A DNA stretch of 64,000 bases from an uncultured virus (IMG/VR IMGVR_UViG_3300029922_000037) (IMGVR_UViG_3300029922_000037); one strand, 5' to 3'; shown: positions 1 through 8,185, counted from the first letter of the stretch. The notes: generated from the sequence alone by a model not told the origin. A program made the numbers and translations.

Positions 1-19
1 TTTCCCGACCTATCCAGTT

Positions 20-1140
20 TTGAACATCCCCACGGATAAATCCGGGGGATTCCGGTCGGAGTTATGCGACATGGCGTAACTCCTGATTCGCGGCACATCC
101 CATGCCGGACAAGAGGGTGTTTACGGCAGCATTTACGTCTCTGTCGTGGCGGACTCCACATCCACATTCCCAATGTCTTACTGATAGTCCTGCCCATCCT
201 TGCGGCCCGGTTAAAGCTCCGCATGACGAACAAGTCCTAGTGGAATTACGGGAAACGACTTCGATGTATTGAGTACCGCTTTGAATGCTCTTGTAACTCA
301 ACATTGACCGAAGTTGAGCATGCCCACTGCTGGATACGCTCTTCCCAAACTTCTTTGCTATCCCCTTGATGTTGTCCTTCGAGAAAACGATCAAGGTATT
401 CTCTTGCACCAGTCGCAGCGATAGCTTGTGATTCCTGTCTTTGCGCTGGTTCTTGATGCGCTCATGCAATCTCGCTACCTGCTTGCGATTGAGGCCGCGC
501 TGTGCCTGTCCTAGGCGATCTAGCGAGGCTTGCAACTCCTTCGGGTGCGGTACCTTCTCGCCGTCAGAAGTGGTGATTAAATCTTTAAAGCCGGGGTCTA
601 TCCCGATCATGCCGTCCGCCGTGCGCTGGATAGGTTTGCGCTCCGCATCAATGAACAGGCACAGATACCAGCCGGAAGCGCGCTTGATGATGCGTCCGCA
701 CTTGATCTTGCCTTTCGGTATGTCCTGCTTATGGAAGCGCAACAACCCGATACCGGGCAGTTTGATGTGGTTTCCTTCCTGCGACTTTATGGGGTCAGGG
801 AACGGGATTGAATTGAGTTTGTTGCGCATTCCTTTTAGCTTCGGCTTTCCGCCGATCTTTTTGAAGCATCTTGACCATGCCGTGTGAACCTGCGCCAACA
901 TGCCCTGTACTGTGTGACTCGGTATGTCGATCTTCTTCCCGTGGTCGGCAAGGATATTCTGAAAGACCATGCCGGTATAGTAAATCCCATCCTTCGCATC
1001 AAGTTCGATCTTGCGCACGGCGAAATTATGAACCGCAGTCAAAGACCACAGCCAATCGTTAAGCTGCGCTTCTTTATTGGCGCTTAACCTGAGTTTTACT
1101 TGTGCCTGAATCATGCTGATTTTTGCTGTCTCACACTCTG
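20..1140 (-). mobile_element. IS200/IS605-family element, tnpA-deleted derivative (tnpB only)
   Basis: Right-end hairpin CCCCGGATTTATCCGTGGGG followed by ATGTTCAA. The left end CAGAGTGTGAG follows TTGAA, as in the copy at 14515-16085, but is joined directly to the last codons of tnpA. Confidence 0.85.
62..1114 (-). CDS. tnpB: TnpB RNA-guided nuclease family protein (atypical RuvC-II)
   Basis: GIDPG (RuvC-I), CSSC..CGC zinc ribbon, HDRDVNAAVN (RuvC-III); differs from 14556-15608 at 3 aa. Confidence 0.95.
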   Translation of the reverse strand: MIQAQVKLRLSANKEAQLNDWLWSLTAVHNFAVRKIELDAKDGIYYTGMVFQNILADHGKKIDIPSHTVQGMLAQVHTAWSRCFKKIGGKPKLKGMRNKLNSIPFPDPIKSQEGNHIKLPGIGLLRFHKQDIPKGKIKCGRIIKRASGWYLCLFIDAERKPIQRTADGMIGIDPGFKDLITTSDGEKVPHPKELQASLDRLGQAQRGLNRKQVARLHERIKNQRKDRNHKLSLRLVQENTLIVFSKDNIKGIAKKFGKSVSSSGHAQLRSMLSYKSIQSGTQYIEVVSRNSTRTCSSCGALTGPQGWAGLSVRHWECGCGVRHDRDVNAAVNTLLSGMGCAANQELRHVA

Positions 1141-1527
1141 TTCAATTAGGTCGCCATGATCGCGTTCCCATGCCCTGGTGTCGGCTTTATCGGCGGCGGC
1201 ATCCTCTTGCGCGCGCTCGATGCGCGCCTTAAAAATCTCCGATGCTGCCGCCTCTGCAGCATCGGTCCAGTATTTTTCAACGATATCGCGAAGTCCAGAT
1301 GATGTAGGCAAGTGGTCGCGGAGAACGCCTGCCAGCGTGAGCCACTGCGCGCTCGACATCTCGGATACGGCCTCGCAGATGTGCTCGGAAGTGAAAGGAT
1401 AATATTCGCCCTTTGGCGCAGTCAACTCGGTCACGATATCCGATATCGCCTCCGAATAGGCGTCGTCTTTTTCCTGCTCTGCAAGGTACCGGTTTAATGC
1501 CTCGGTGACTGCGCATCGTTCTACCAT
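1111..1527 (-). CDS. hypothetical phage protein; C-terminus replaced by IS sequence (ends in the tnpA tail QQKSA)
   Basis: 138-aa ORF whose stop overlaps the tnpB start (ATGA). Confidence 0.7.
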   Translation of the reverse strand: MVERCAVTEALNRYLAEQEKDDAYSEAISDIVTELTAPKGEYYPFTSEHICEAVSEMSSAQWLTLAGVLRDHLPTSSGLRDIVEKYWTDAAEAAASEIFKARIERAQEDAAADKADTRAWERDHGDLIEQSVRQQKSA

Positions 1528-1535
1528 GTCAACCC

Positions 1536-1784
1536 CTAAAAATTGTGGACGCAGAGAAAGTGCTCGCTGCGGTGGATACCTAACTCGACACCGTCAAGCA
1601 TCTGGTAGCTGACCTTGACGCCAAGCAGCGGGAACGCGCCGCCGGCAAGCGCCCACTCCGTTTGCTCTGTGGCCACCCCAGTTTCTGGCTTGTCCACCAT
1701 CTTACTGCATAGGCGAAGGTCTTCGCGGTGATGGCGCGCCCAGATGACGGCGAAGACCTCGGCGCTGGTGGGGATTCGTTTCAT
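1536..1784 (-). CDS. hypothetical protein
   Basis: Operon packing; start taken at MKRIPTSAEV. Confidence 0.55.
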   Translation of the reverse strand: MKRIPTSAEVFAVIWARHHREDLRLCSKMVDKPETGVATEQTEWALAGGAFPLLGVKVSYQMLDGVELGIHRSEHFLCVHNF

Positions 1785-1789
1785 GGCGG

Positions 1790-2179
1790 TCACCGATACC
1801 GATTGGCAAGCGCTACGCGACTGGCAATGCGCGCCGCATAACAACTATCGTGGTCGTGGAAGAAGTGCATGGTGCCGCCGTCGCTGGTGGACACATCCAA
1901 GGCCGCGCCGACATCGTTAACCGTCACCGTATAGTTCTCGTCCTGCTGGTGGGCGATGTACTGGCCGGGTGTGAATGAGATCTCGATGCAGTCACTGTGC
2001 TGTTGGTTGGCAGCGTACCATCTCGCAGGTTCTGGCCGCCGTGGCGGATCATAATGCCTCTCTATCGGCGGCGCCAACGCAATCGTGTTCGGCTGCGGAT
2101 GGTGCAAGTAAATAGCAAGCGACCCGATCCAGACCGTCATGACGGCTGCGAATATCCAGGCTATGGCTGATGTTTTCAA
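1790..2179 (-). CDS. membrane-anchored hypothetical protein
   Basis: AGGAG RBS before a TTG start; N-terminal hydrophobic segment AIAWIFAAVMTVWIGSLAIYL. Confidence 0.6.
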   Translation of the reverse strand: MKTSAIAWIFAAVMTVWIGSLAIYLHHPQPNTIALAPPIERHYDPPRRPEPARWYAANQQHSDCIEISFTPGQYIAHQQDENYTVTVNDVGAALDVSTSDGGTMHFFHDHDSCYAARIASRVALANRYR

Positions 2180-2214
2180 GGTGATGCTCCTGGTAGTTGA
2201 TTGGATTATGCCGA

Positions 2215-2325
2215 TTATGCCGGATTGGCACACCGACGAAGCCACTGCTGGAAACTGAGAATGTGCTGCCGGAAATACTCGGTGGCGATGTATTCGCGGT
2301 ATTTGGTGTGATCGGTGATGTACAT
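2215..2325 (-). CDS. small 36-aa protein (MYITDHTKYRE...)
   Basis: GGAGAG RBS; first ORF after a sigma70-like promoter. Confidence 0.45.
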   Translation of the reverse strand: MYITDHTKYREYIATEYFRQHILSFQQWLRRCANPA

Positions 2326-2351
2326 TTTGCTCTCCCTGAGTCCTTGATTTA

Positions 2352-2380
2352 ATAATAGACCTTAATCAAATTTAAGTAAA
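2352..2380 (-). promoter_or_regulatory. sigma70-like promoter of the leftward operon
   Basis: TTTACT-N17-TATTAT. Confidence 0.6.
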
Positions 2381-2459
2381 GTCCTTTTTTGAGTAATAGT
2401 GACATGAACCGTAGCCGGTGTCGCAACGAAGCAACTTGTGATAATGATATCACTACCAC

Positions 2460-2890
2460 GCAAGTAACTCTATCCCCGCAGTGTTACCACAGAAAAACCG
2501 TTACCAAGCACGTAAGTAATTGATTTTAAACGTAAAAAACGTAACAATTGTCTGTTACCCAATTGTTACGCCGCGCCCATCAAAATCGATCGGTTACAAA
2601 AATTGTTACCCTGTTACGGTAACATCGACGTAAGTCATTGATTTTAAAGGGGTAACAAGTAACGGTAACAATCGCCGGGGAGACCTATACATATATGCGT
2701 ATCACACGACATATATATAATTGTCATATACACAATATCCATAACCTCATATGTATCTATATATATAAATCTATGTAACTTTGTAACTGTATATATAAAG
2801 GAGGTGAAAAACGTAACGAAATCAAAGACTTAGGCTCGTAACAATTTCGTAACAACGGGTAACAATCGCTGTTACGCTGTTACCGTGACG
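2460..2890. repeat. origin-like element A: GTAAC/GTTAC iterons, AT-rich core, IHF-consensus sites
   Basis: About 20 GTAAC/GTTAC pentamers; (TA)n core; WATCAANNNNTTR matches near 2514, 2631 and 2820. Confidence 0.65.
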
Positions 2891-2961
2891 TTTTGATAAG
2901 TATTTGCACCGAGTAGCATGTCGGAATGGTGGCGTCTGTGCGTTTCCAAGCAGACACATCT

Positions 2962-3008
2962 TTGACATCCTCCCCGCCCTGAAGGGCGAGGTTTTACGCA
3001 CAAATCCG
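2962..3008 (-). mobile_element. minimal IS200/IS605 remnant (PATE-like, single hairpin)
   Basis: Minus strand TTAT|CGGATTTGTGCGTAAAACCTCGCCCTTCAGGGCGGGGAGGATGTCAA: an IS605-type hairpin ending in TCAA. Confidence 0.6.
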
Positions 3009-3085
3009 ATAAACTAAAAGAAATATCTTTATTTGATTAATTAGAATATGCTACCATCCACAAAAATCAATTCAGGGATGACGAA

Positions 3086-3607
3086 ATGCTCTATTTCTTG
3101 CGTGAAGAGATGCCTGGCAAGCAGTTCTTTGACTGCGACAAATACCACTCTACCCTGACGGTCGATAGCTGCGCTGTCATGTGGCGGCAGGCCAATCACA
3201 ACAGCATCGAGCGCATGTACAAGTGCAAATCCTGCCCGGTCGGCGCTTTGCACGCTGGCGAGACAGCTGCCAACATGTCCCCCATCAAAGGCACTGTCAC
3301 TTGCGCGCGTTGCCACGAGGGTGCGCCACGGCTAATCTACCGGCATCTGTGTGTGAGCTGCTACAACCGCCAGCTTGAATGGATCAAGGGCCGGAACGCC
3401 AAAGGCAAGTGGCCACTGCGCATGTTGCGCCTAGATACGCGCGTGCTCGGGTACATGTCTGGCGATGAACCGAAGGTCTTGCGCTTCCAACTCTGCGTCG
3501 ATACCGTCGAGTTGATGTGGGCGGCGCTGCGGGATAGCCAGAAAAAAGTACGCTTCGCATTCCGTGGTGAGTTCGGGGGCCCGATCAACCAGATGAGGCT
3601 GTTCTGA
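3086..3607 (+). CDS. Cys-rich putative zinc-finger protein
   Basis: Several CxxC motifs (CKSC, CARC, CVSC). Confidence 0.7.
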   Translation: MLYFLREEMPGKQFFDCDKYHSTLTVDSCAVMWRQANHNSIERMYKCKSCPVGALHAGETAANMSPIKGTVTCARCHEGAPRLIYRHLCVSCYNRQLEWIKGRNAKGKWPLRMLRLDTRVLGYMSGDEPKVLRFQLCVDTVELMWAALRDSQKKVRFAFRGEFGGPINQMRLF

Positions 3608-3915
3608 TGGCGAAGAAGCAGTATTCACCGGACCAGTTCGGCTGGGATCTCACACAGCATGTTTGCCGCGTGTGTTTGGGCCGCATCATCCACCGCTACA
3701 CAGTCGAGCAAATCCATGTCCATCGCTGCACCAACTGCGGCACTGAGACGCGCAGCGAGCACGATACAGTGCATGCACTATGTGCTTGTGGCATCAAACT
3801 CCGCAACCACAAAGACGCAGGTATCCGTTGCGTGGTCAACGATAAAAAATGCCCCGAGCAACCGGCCGAGATCGTTGCGGTCCAGGTTGAACCGGAATTC
3901 CTTGTGCGGAAGTGA
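3607..3915 (+). CDS. zinc-ribbon hypothetical protein
   Basis: CRVC, CTNC, CAC; coupled to the upstream ORF. Confidence 0.7.
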   Translation: MAKKQYSPDQFGWDLTQHVCRVCLGRIIHRYTVEQIHVHRCTNCGTETRSEHDTVHALCACGIKLRNHKDAGIRCVVNDKKCPEQPAEIVAVQVEPEFLVRK

Positions 3916-3938
3916 GTTAATCATTTATAATACATGAC

Positions 3939-4229
3939 ATGAAAAAGCGCATCTACATCAGCGGGGCCATGACTGGACACCCGCAACTCAATTTCCCGGC
4001 CTTCCACGCTGAAGCTGCGCGTCTACGCGGTGAAGGTCACGAGGTTGTCAACCCAGCAGAGATCAATCTTGACCCTGGCGCCGACTGGGCGACATGCCTA
4101 CGCGCTGACTTGGCGGCGCTCCTGCAGTGCAATACCATACGCATGCTCGACGGCTGGATGGCGTCGCGCGGTGCGGTCTTGGAGCACCACGTTGCTGTGC
4201 ATCTTAACTTCGAGGTAATTTATCCGTGA
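3939..4229 (+). CDS. DUF4406 / nucleoside deoxyribosyltransferase-like protein
   Basis: RIYISGAMTG...NFPAF...VVNPAE...GWMASRGAVLE; TATAAT 7 nt upstream of the ATG. Confidence 0.85.
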   Translation: MKKRIYISGAMTGHPQLNFPAFHAEAARLRGEGHEVVNPAEINLDPGADWATCLRADLAALLQCNTIRMLDGWMASRGAVLEHHVAVHLNFEVIYP

Positions 4230-5161
4230 AAGCACCACTCCCGCGTGATCTCGGCGCCGAGATAACGACGTTCGTAACTGTCAATCCTGGCGCCACATGC
4301 GATCATATGGCGGACCATTTCGACATCGAACTCGATGTCGCCTATACGATGCTGGTCGATCTCGTCGACCTCAAGCAGATTTGCAGTGCAATCACGCGGC
4401 AGGATGGCAAGACCATCACTGTCTACCGAGCGCCTGGGGCCGAACTGCCGACGATATTCGAGAAAGCGCTGGCAAGCGCTGAAGTCGCCGCCGGTGGCCA
4501 GCCGCAGACTGCAGAGCAAAAGGCGATTGCGTTCATTACCGCCAACGGCGGCAGCGCCACCAGCGACGAACTCGCGCATGTCCTTGGCCTCAAGCCAGGG
4601 CAGTTCCCGTCGACATGGCTGGCCGGCGCGATCAAAGGCGGCAGGATCAACAAGAACAGCCGCCAGTGGTCGCTTGGCGCTGGATCAGCGCCGGCACCGC
4701 TGAAGCCGTTGGTGTTCAATCCCGCTATCAGCACGCGCGCGGTTGACGCAGCGCCGGAGCCTGCACCGCACGTGCCCGCAACCGACGACGATTACAAAAA
4801 AGACTACAAGGAATTCACGGGTTTGGACTGGCCGACCGAGGACTTGCCCGCACCGACGACGACTGCGCGCGAACTCACTGACACTCGCATGCAGGTCGAG
4901 TGGAGTCTCGGCGATGCCACGTACATTATCACGGCGCCGACAGCTGAGGATATTGCACATGTTGAGTCGCTACTTCATGGCGACAAGCAGGCGGCTGCAT
5001 CCGGTCCGCTGCGCATCGCTGCGGCATCGTTTGCGATCTGGAGTAGCGGCGAACTCCACATCGCCGATGGCGATCGCACCGTCGCAACGCTGTCGCGCGA
5101 ACAGGTCGTTGAGATGCTGGACTATCTCAGCGTGTTTGATGTTGCCAGGGGTAAAAAGTGA
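4226..5161 (+). CDS. hypothetical protein with probable winged-helix domains
   Basis: Two HTH-like segments (NPGATCDHMADHF; GSATSDELAHVLG). Confidence 0.65.
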   Translation: MKAPLPRDLGAEITTFVTVNPGATCDHMADHFDIELDVAYTMLVDLVDLKQICSAITRQDGKTITVYRAPGAELPTIFEKALASAEVAAGGQPQTAEQKAIAFITANGGSATSDELAHVLGLKPGQFPSTWLAGAIKGGRINKNSRQWSLGAGSAPAPLKPLVFNPAISTRAVDAAPEPAPHVPATDDDYKKDYKEFTGLDWPTEDLPAPTTTARELTDTRMQVEWSLGDATYIITAPTAEDIAHVESLLHGDKQAAASGPLRIAAASFAIWSSGELHIADGDRTVATLSREQVVEMLDYLSVFDVARGKK

Positions 5162-5340
5162 ATACTGCCGTAGCCGACAACCAAATCCAGCGCGAGGTCG
5201 AATCCTGCGCGCGCGACCTGGTGATAGCCGCGAACAAGCTCGGGCTCGTGGTCACCATCTCGCAGCGGCCTTTCCCGCCGCTCGCCATGGGGAATTATGA
5301 GAGCGTTGTCGAGGTGCGGGAACGGTTGGTGCGGGGATGA
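5158..5340 (+). CDS. hypothetical protein
   Basis: 4-nt overlaps with both neighbours. Confidence 0.6.
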   Translation: MNTAVADNQIQREVESCARDLVIAANKLGLVVTISQRPFPPLAMGNYESVVEVRERLVRG

Positions 5341-7148
5341 CCGTTACGATCATGGTTGGCGATGTCCGCGAGCAGTTGCGCAAGTTGCCCGATAACTCAG
5401 TGCATTGCGTCGTGAGCAGCCCGCCATATTGGGGATTGCGCGATTATGGCGTCGATGGCCAGCTCGGACTTGAAGCAACGCCGGCGGAATTCATCGCCAC
5501 GATGGTGGCGGTGTTCGAGGAAGTGCGTCGTGTGTTGCGGCCGGACGGCACTTGCTTTATCAACATGGGTGATTCTTACTGGTCAGGTGCTCAACGTGCA
5601 GCCTCTTGTGGCACCTCCGGCAAAGTACCTGCAGATTCGATAGATCATGGTTGTCTTTGCGGAAATCTTTGTGATGGGTGTCGCAAGGCGTCTCGCATTG
5701 GCAAATTTCACACCGGTTCTCGGCTCGCTGCCATGCCAGAGCCTTTGCAGTCCGAGTCCAGCCGCGGGCATACGGTATCTGTGACCGACCGTTTTCCCAC
5801 ATTGGATTCGTCTCTCCAGGCTGCCCACACCGAAGCCGCCATTCTGGGTCAGCCAAGTTCTTCTGGGCTCGCAGACGTGCCGCTTCGCGCCGCTCCGGCG
5901 TCCACCAATCAAGGATTTTCTTTGCCACCTCCGGCTTCGTGCTTGCCGATACAACGCCGGGCCGACGAATGCCTTTCGTGCGGGTGCTCATTGCCTGATT
6001 GCGATCCGGAGTTCTCTCATACGGTGGCGTGCAATTTTTGCATAGCCGAGCGCGCGTCGGTGTCTGGCACTGTGGGCAAGGATGCTTTGGGCTTGGCATC
6101 CGGACATTCTACCAGTGCGGCCCTGAAACCGAAAGACCTTGTGATGATGCCGCACCGACTGGCGATCGCGCTACAGGACGCCGGCTGGTGGGTTCGTCAA
6201 GACATCGTTTGGTCGAAACCCAATCCCATGCCAGAAAGCGTCACTGACCGCTGCACCAAGTCGCACGAATACATTTTCTTTCTGACGAAAAGTGCGAAGT
6301 ATTACTACGATGCCGAAGCGATTAAGGAACCGGCGCAAACATGGTCTGGGCAAGCAGCAGTGTTTGATCGCACTGGGCCTGTATCTGAGCATGTCTTACC
6401 AGGGCAATCGGCTGCGCAACATCGGCAAAGACTCCCCGGTAATGTCAACCCGCCGAAAGGCCAAGTAGCTTACGAAAATGGTGATGACAGTCACCGGACA
6501 AAGGCAGGATTACTGGCCTATGCTGAAAAGCAGCGCTCCATAAAAATCAAGGTTCCAGGAGGATGGGATACTGATGCTGGAGCCCACGGAACGATTCACC
6601 GCGAAGGCCGCAACGAAGCAGAATATAAGGAATATGTGCCGTCAGAAAAACGCAACAAGCGCAGCGTCTGGACGATGGCAACCCACTCGTTCAAGGATGC
6701 GCATTTTGCCACCTTCCCGCCGGAATTACCGGAGACGTGCATCAAAGCCGGATCAAGCCAGCATGGCGCATGCTCTGTTTGTGGAACTCCATGGCGACGA
6801 GATACTGAATCGACATTTGTCCCACAGAGTGATGTCAGCGAAGAAAAAGGCGTGCGTGGCGCTGGCGATCAAAAGCCTTTGGATGCATCAAACCACAGAG
6901 ATGGTTTCCCGCGTGGAAATACCAATGTCGAAACGATTGGTTGGTCGCAAGCATGTAAATGTGTTGGCGCGCATGTGGTACCGTGTACCGTACTCGATCC
7001 ATTTTTCGGCGCCGGCACCACCGGGCTGGTTGCCGATCGGCTGCAGCGCCATTGCATAGGAATCGAACTTAATCCGGCCTACGCCGAGATGGCGCGCAAG
7101 CGCATTCTCTCCGAATCAACATTATTTGCTGACATCATCATGGCGTGA
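5337..7148 (+). CDS. N4-cytosine/N6-adenine DNA methyltransferase (beta class) with a ~180-aa insertion
   Basis: SSPPYWGLRDY (motif IV), NMGDSY, LKPKDL, WSKPNPMPES, HFATFP, VLDPFFGAGTTG (motif I), GIELN. Confidence 0.93.
   Translation: MTVTIMVGDVREQLRKLPDNSVHCVVSSPPYWGLRDYGVDGQLGLEATPAEFIATMVAVFEEVRRVLRPDGTCFINMGDSYWSGAQRAASCGTSGKVPADSIDHGCLCGNLCDGCRKASRIGKFHTGSRLAAMPEPLQSESSRGHTVSVTDRFPTLDSSLQAAHTEAAILGQPSSSGLADVPLRAAPASTNQGFSLPPPASCLPIQRRADECLSCGCSLPDCDPEFSHTVACNFCIAERASVSGTVGKDALGLASGHSTSAALKPKDLVMMPHRLAIALQDAGWWVRQDIVWSKPNPMPESVTDRCTKSHEYIFFLTKSAKYYYDAEAIKEPAQTWSGQAAVFDRTGPVSEHVLPGQSAAQHRQRLPGNVNPPKGQVAYENGDDSHRTKAGLLAYAEKQRSIKIKVPGGWDTDAGAHGTIHREGRNEAEYKEYVPSEKRNKRSVWTMATHSFKDAHFATFPPELPETCIKAGSSQHGACSVCGTPWRRDTESTFVPQSDVSEEKGVRGAGDQKPLDASNHRDGFPRGNTNVETIGWSQACKCVGAHVVPCTVLDPFFGAGTTGLVADRLQRHCIGIELNPAYAEMARKRILSESTLFADIIMA
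5560..6099 (-). CDS. HNH endonuclease nested antisense within the methyltransferase
   Basis: RCEICQ...THHKDFRKDNHDLSNLQVLCRRCHKRLH is a complete Zn-HNH motif; NPMWENG linker motif; N-terminal CPQC/CKNC. Confidence 0.88.
   Translation of the reverse strand: MPSPKHPCPQCQTPTRARLCKNCTPPYERTPDRNQAMSTRTKGIRRPGVVSASTKPEVAKKILDWWTPERREAARLRAQKNLADPEWRLRCGQPGETNPMWENGRSQIPYARGWTRTAKALAWQRAENRCEICQCETPCDTHHKDFRKDNHDLSNLQVLCRRCHKRLHVEHLTSKNHPC
6100..6114 (-). promoter_or_regulatory. extended -10 leaderless promoter for the HNH gene
   Basis: TGG-TAGAAT-gtccgg-ATG. Confidence 0.6.
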
Positions 7149-7157
7149 TATCAGAAT
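7144..7157 (+). promoter_or_regulatory. CGTGAY-N3-A-N3-T promoter motif
   Basis: CGTGATatcAgaaT, 6 nt before ATG 7164. Confidence 0.55.
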
Positions 7158-7163
7158 ATAATC

Positions 7164-7406
7164 ATGAGCGAATTCAAACCCATAGATACCCTAGCCGATC
7201 TGGCGCGTCAGGACTTGGTATGCGGTGACATCGAGGCAGGCTACATCGCTGGCGTCTACGGCGCGCCGGAACCGATTGCCAGCACGTTCTCGCGTGCGTT
7301 CTGGCACGGCTGGCGCAATGGCCGTGTCGATGGCGCGCACGATGACCCCGATGAATACCATGCCAGGCTGGCAGCAGCCTATTCCGAACCACAATGGCTT
7401 CACTGA
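7164..7406 (+). CDS. hypothetical protein
   Basis: ORF directly after the promoter motif; SRAFWHGWRNG. Confidence 0.7.
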   Translation: MSEFKPIDTLADLARQDLVCGDIEAGYIAGVYGAPEPIASTFSRAFWHGWRNGRVDGAHDDPDEYHARLAAAYSEPQWLH

Positions 7407-7413
7407 GGACAAT

Positions 7414-7668
7414 ATGACCACCACCACCAACGCCGTCACCGTATCCGCCTTTTTCGATGCCATCCTGACGCGCACAGGCGTGAAAAATGATCGTGCGCTG
7501 GCGCGCCTGATCGACATCGATCCCTGCAGCCTGTCGAATATGCGTGCCGGCCGCGCCGGCATGGGTCCAGTGATCCTGCTGCGCGTGCATGAGGCAACGG
7601 AAATATCCATTGCCGAATTGAAGCGTATGGCAGGCTGGCCGCCGGCGCGGGCGTTCAGCCGTGGATGA
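7414..7668 (+). CDS. HTH (CI/Cro-like) DNA-binding protein
   Basis: GAGG RBS; KNDRALARLIDIDPCSLSNMRAG. Confidence 0.7.
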   Translation: MTTTTNAVTVSAFFDAILTRTGVKNDRALARLIDIDPCSLSNMRAGRAGMGPVILLRVHEATEISIAELKRMAGWPPARAFSRG

Positions 7669-8185
7669 TTTCGGCCCATACAGCACGCCGGATCCAAATA
7701 CCGGACCGGCGGCTGTGTGCGCGCGGCTAATACGCGACCCCACGCACAAACACATTGTCGACAACGACATCGTAATCGAGTACCTGATGTGCGGGAAGCA
7801 AAAGCGGCATCAGGGCCGCTCAATTGCAGGGTCCGTGCATCTGCCAAAAGTCCAGGGTAAGCTGGGCGATCTCTTCGAGCAACTGCTGACAGCGCACTTC
7901 GGCGCGCTCCCCGACTTCCTGATGGTCATTGACGAACCCTGGTGGAATGCCGCCAGCGAGATCGATCGCGAGGCATTGTGCTGGCATGAACTCTGTCATA
8001 TCCAGCAAGAAGTCAACGAGTTCGATGACCCAAAGTTCGACCGCGATGGCGTCCCCGTCTACGGGCTCCGCGAGCACGATGTCACGGCGTTCCATAGCGA
8101 AGTCGCACGTTACGGTGCCTGGAGTCCAGATTTACAGGAATTTGTTCATTCAATTAACCAAAAACGAGGCATAATCACGTCATGA
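7661..8185 (+). CDS. putative phage metallopeptidase
   Basis: HELCH (HExxH) plus EHDV..F..EVARYG. Confidence 0.8.
   Translation: MDDFGPYSTPDPNTGPAAVCARLIRDPTHKHIVDNDIVIEYLMCGKQKRHQGRSIAGSVHLPKVQGKLGDLFEQLLTAHFGALPDFLMVIDEPWWNAASEIDREALCWHELCHIQQEVNEFDDPKFDRDGVPVYGLREHDVTAFHSEVARYGAWSPDLQEFVHSINQKRGIITS

Noticed and set aside
2460..2890. CRISPR array
   Set aside because: The repeats are 5-8 bp in mixed orientation with irregular spacing; no 25-45 bp repeat-spacer pattern or cas genes are visible in the window.
5560..6120. Intein or group I intron as the explanation for the methylase insert
   Set aside because: No intein terminal motifs; the nuclease is on the antisense strand and the sense frame is fully open. 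An intron is not formally excluded without RT-PCR.
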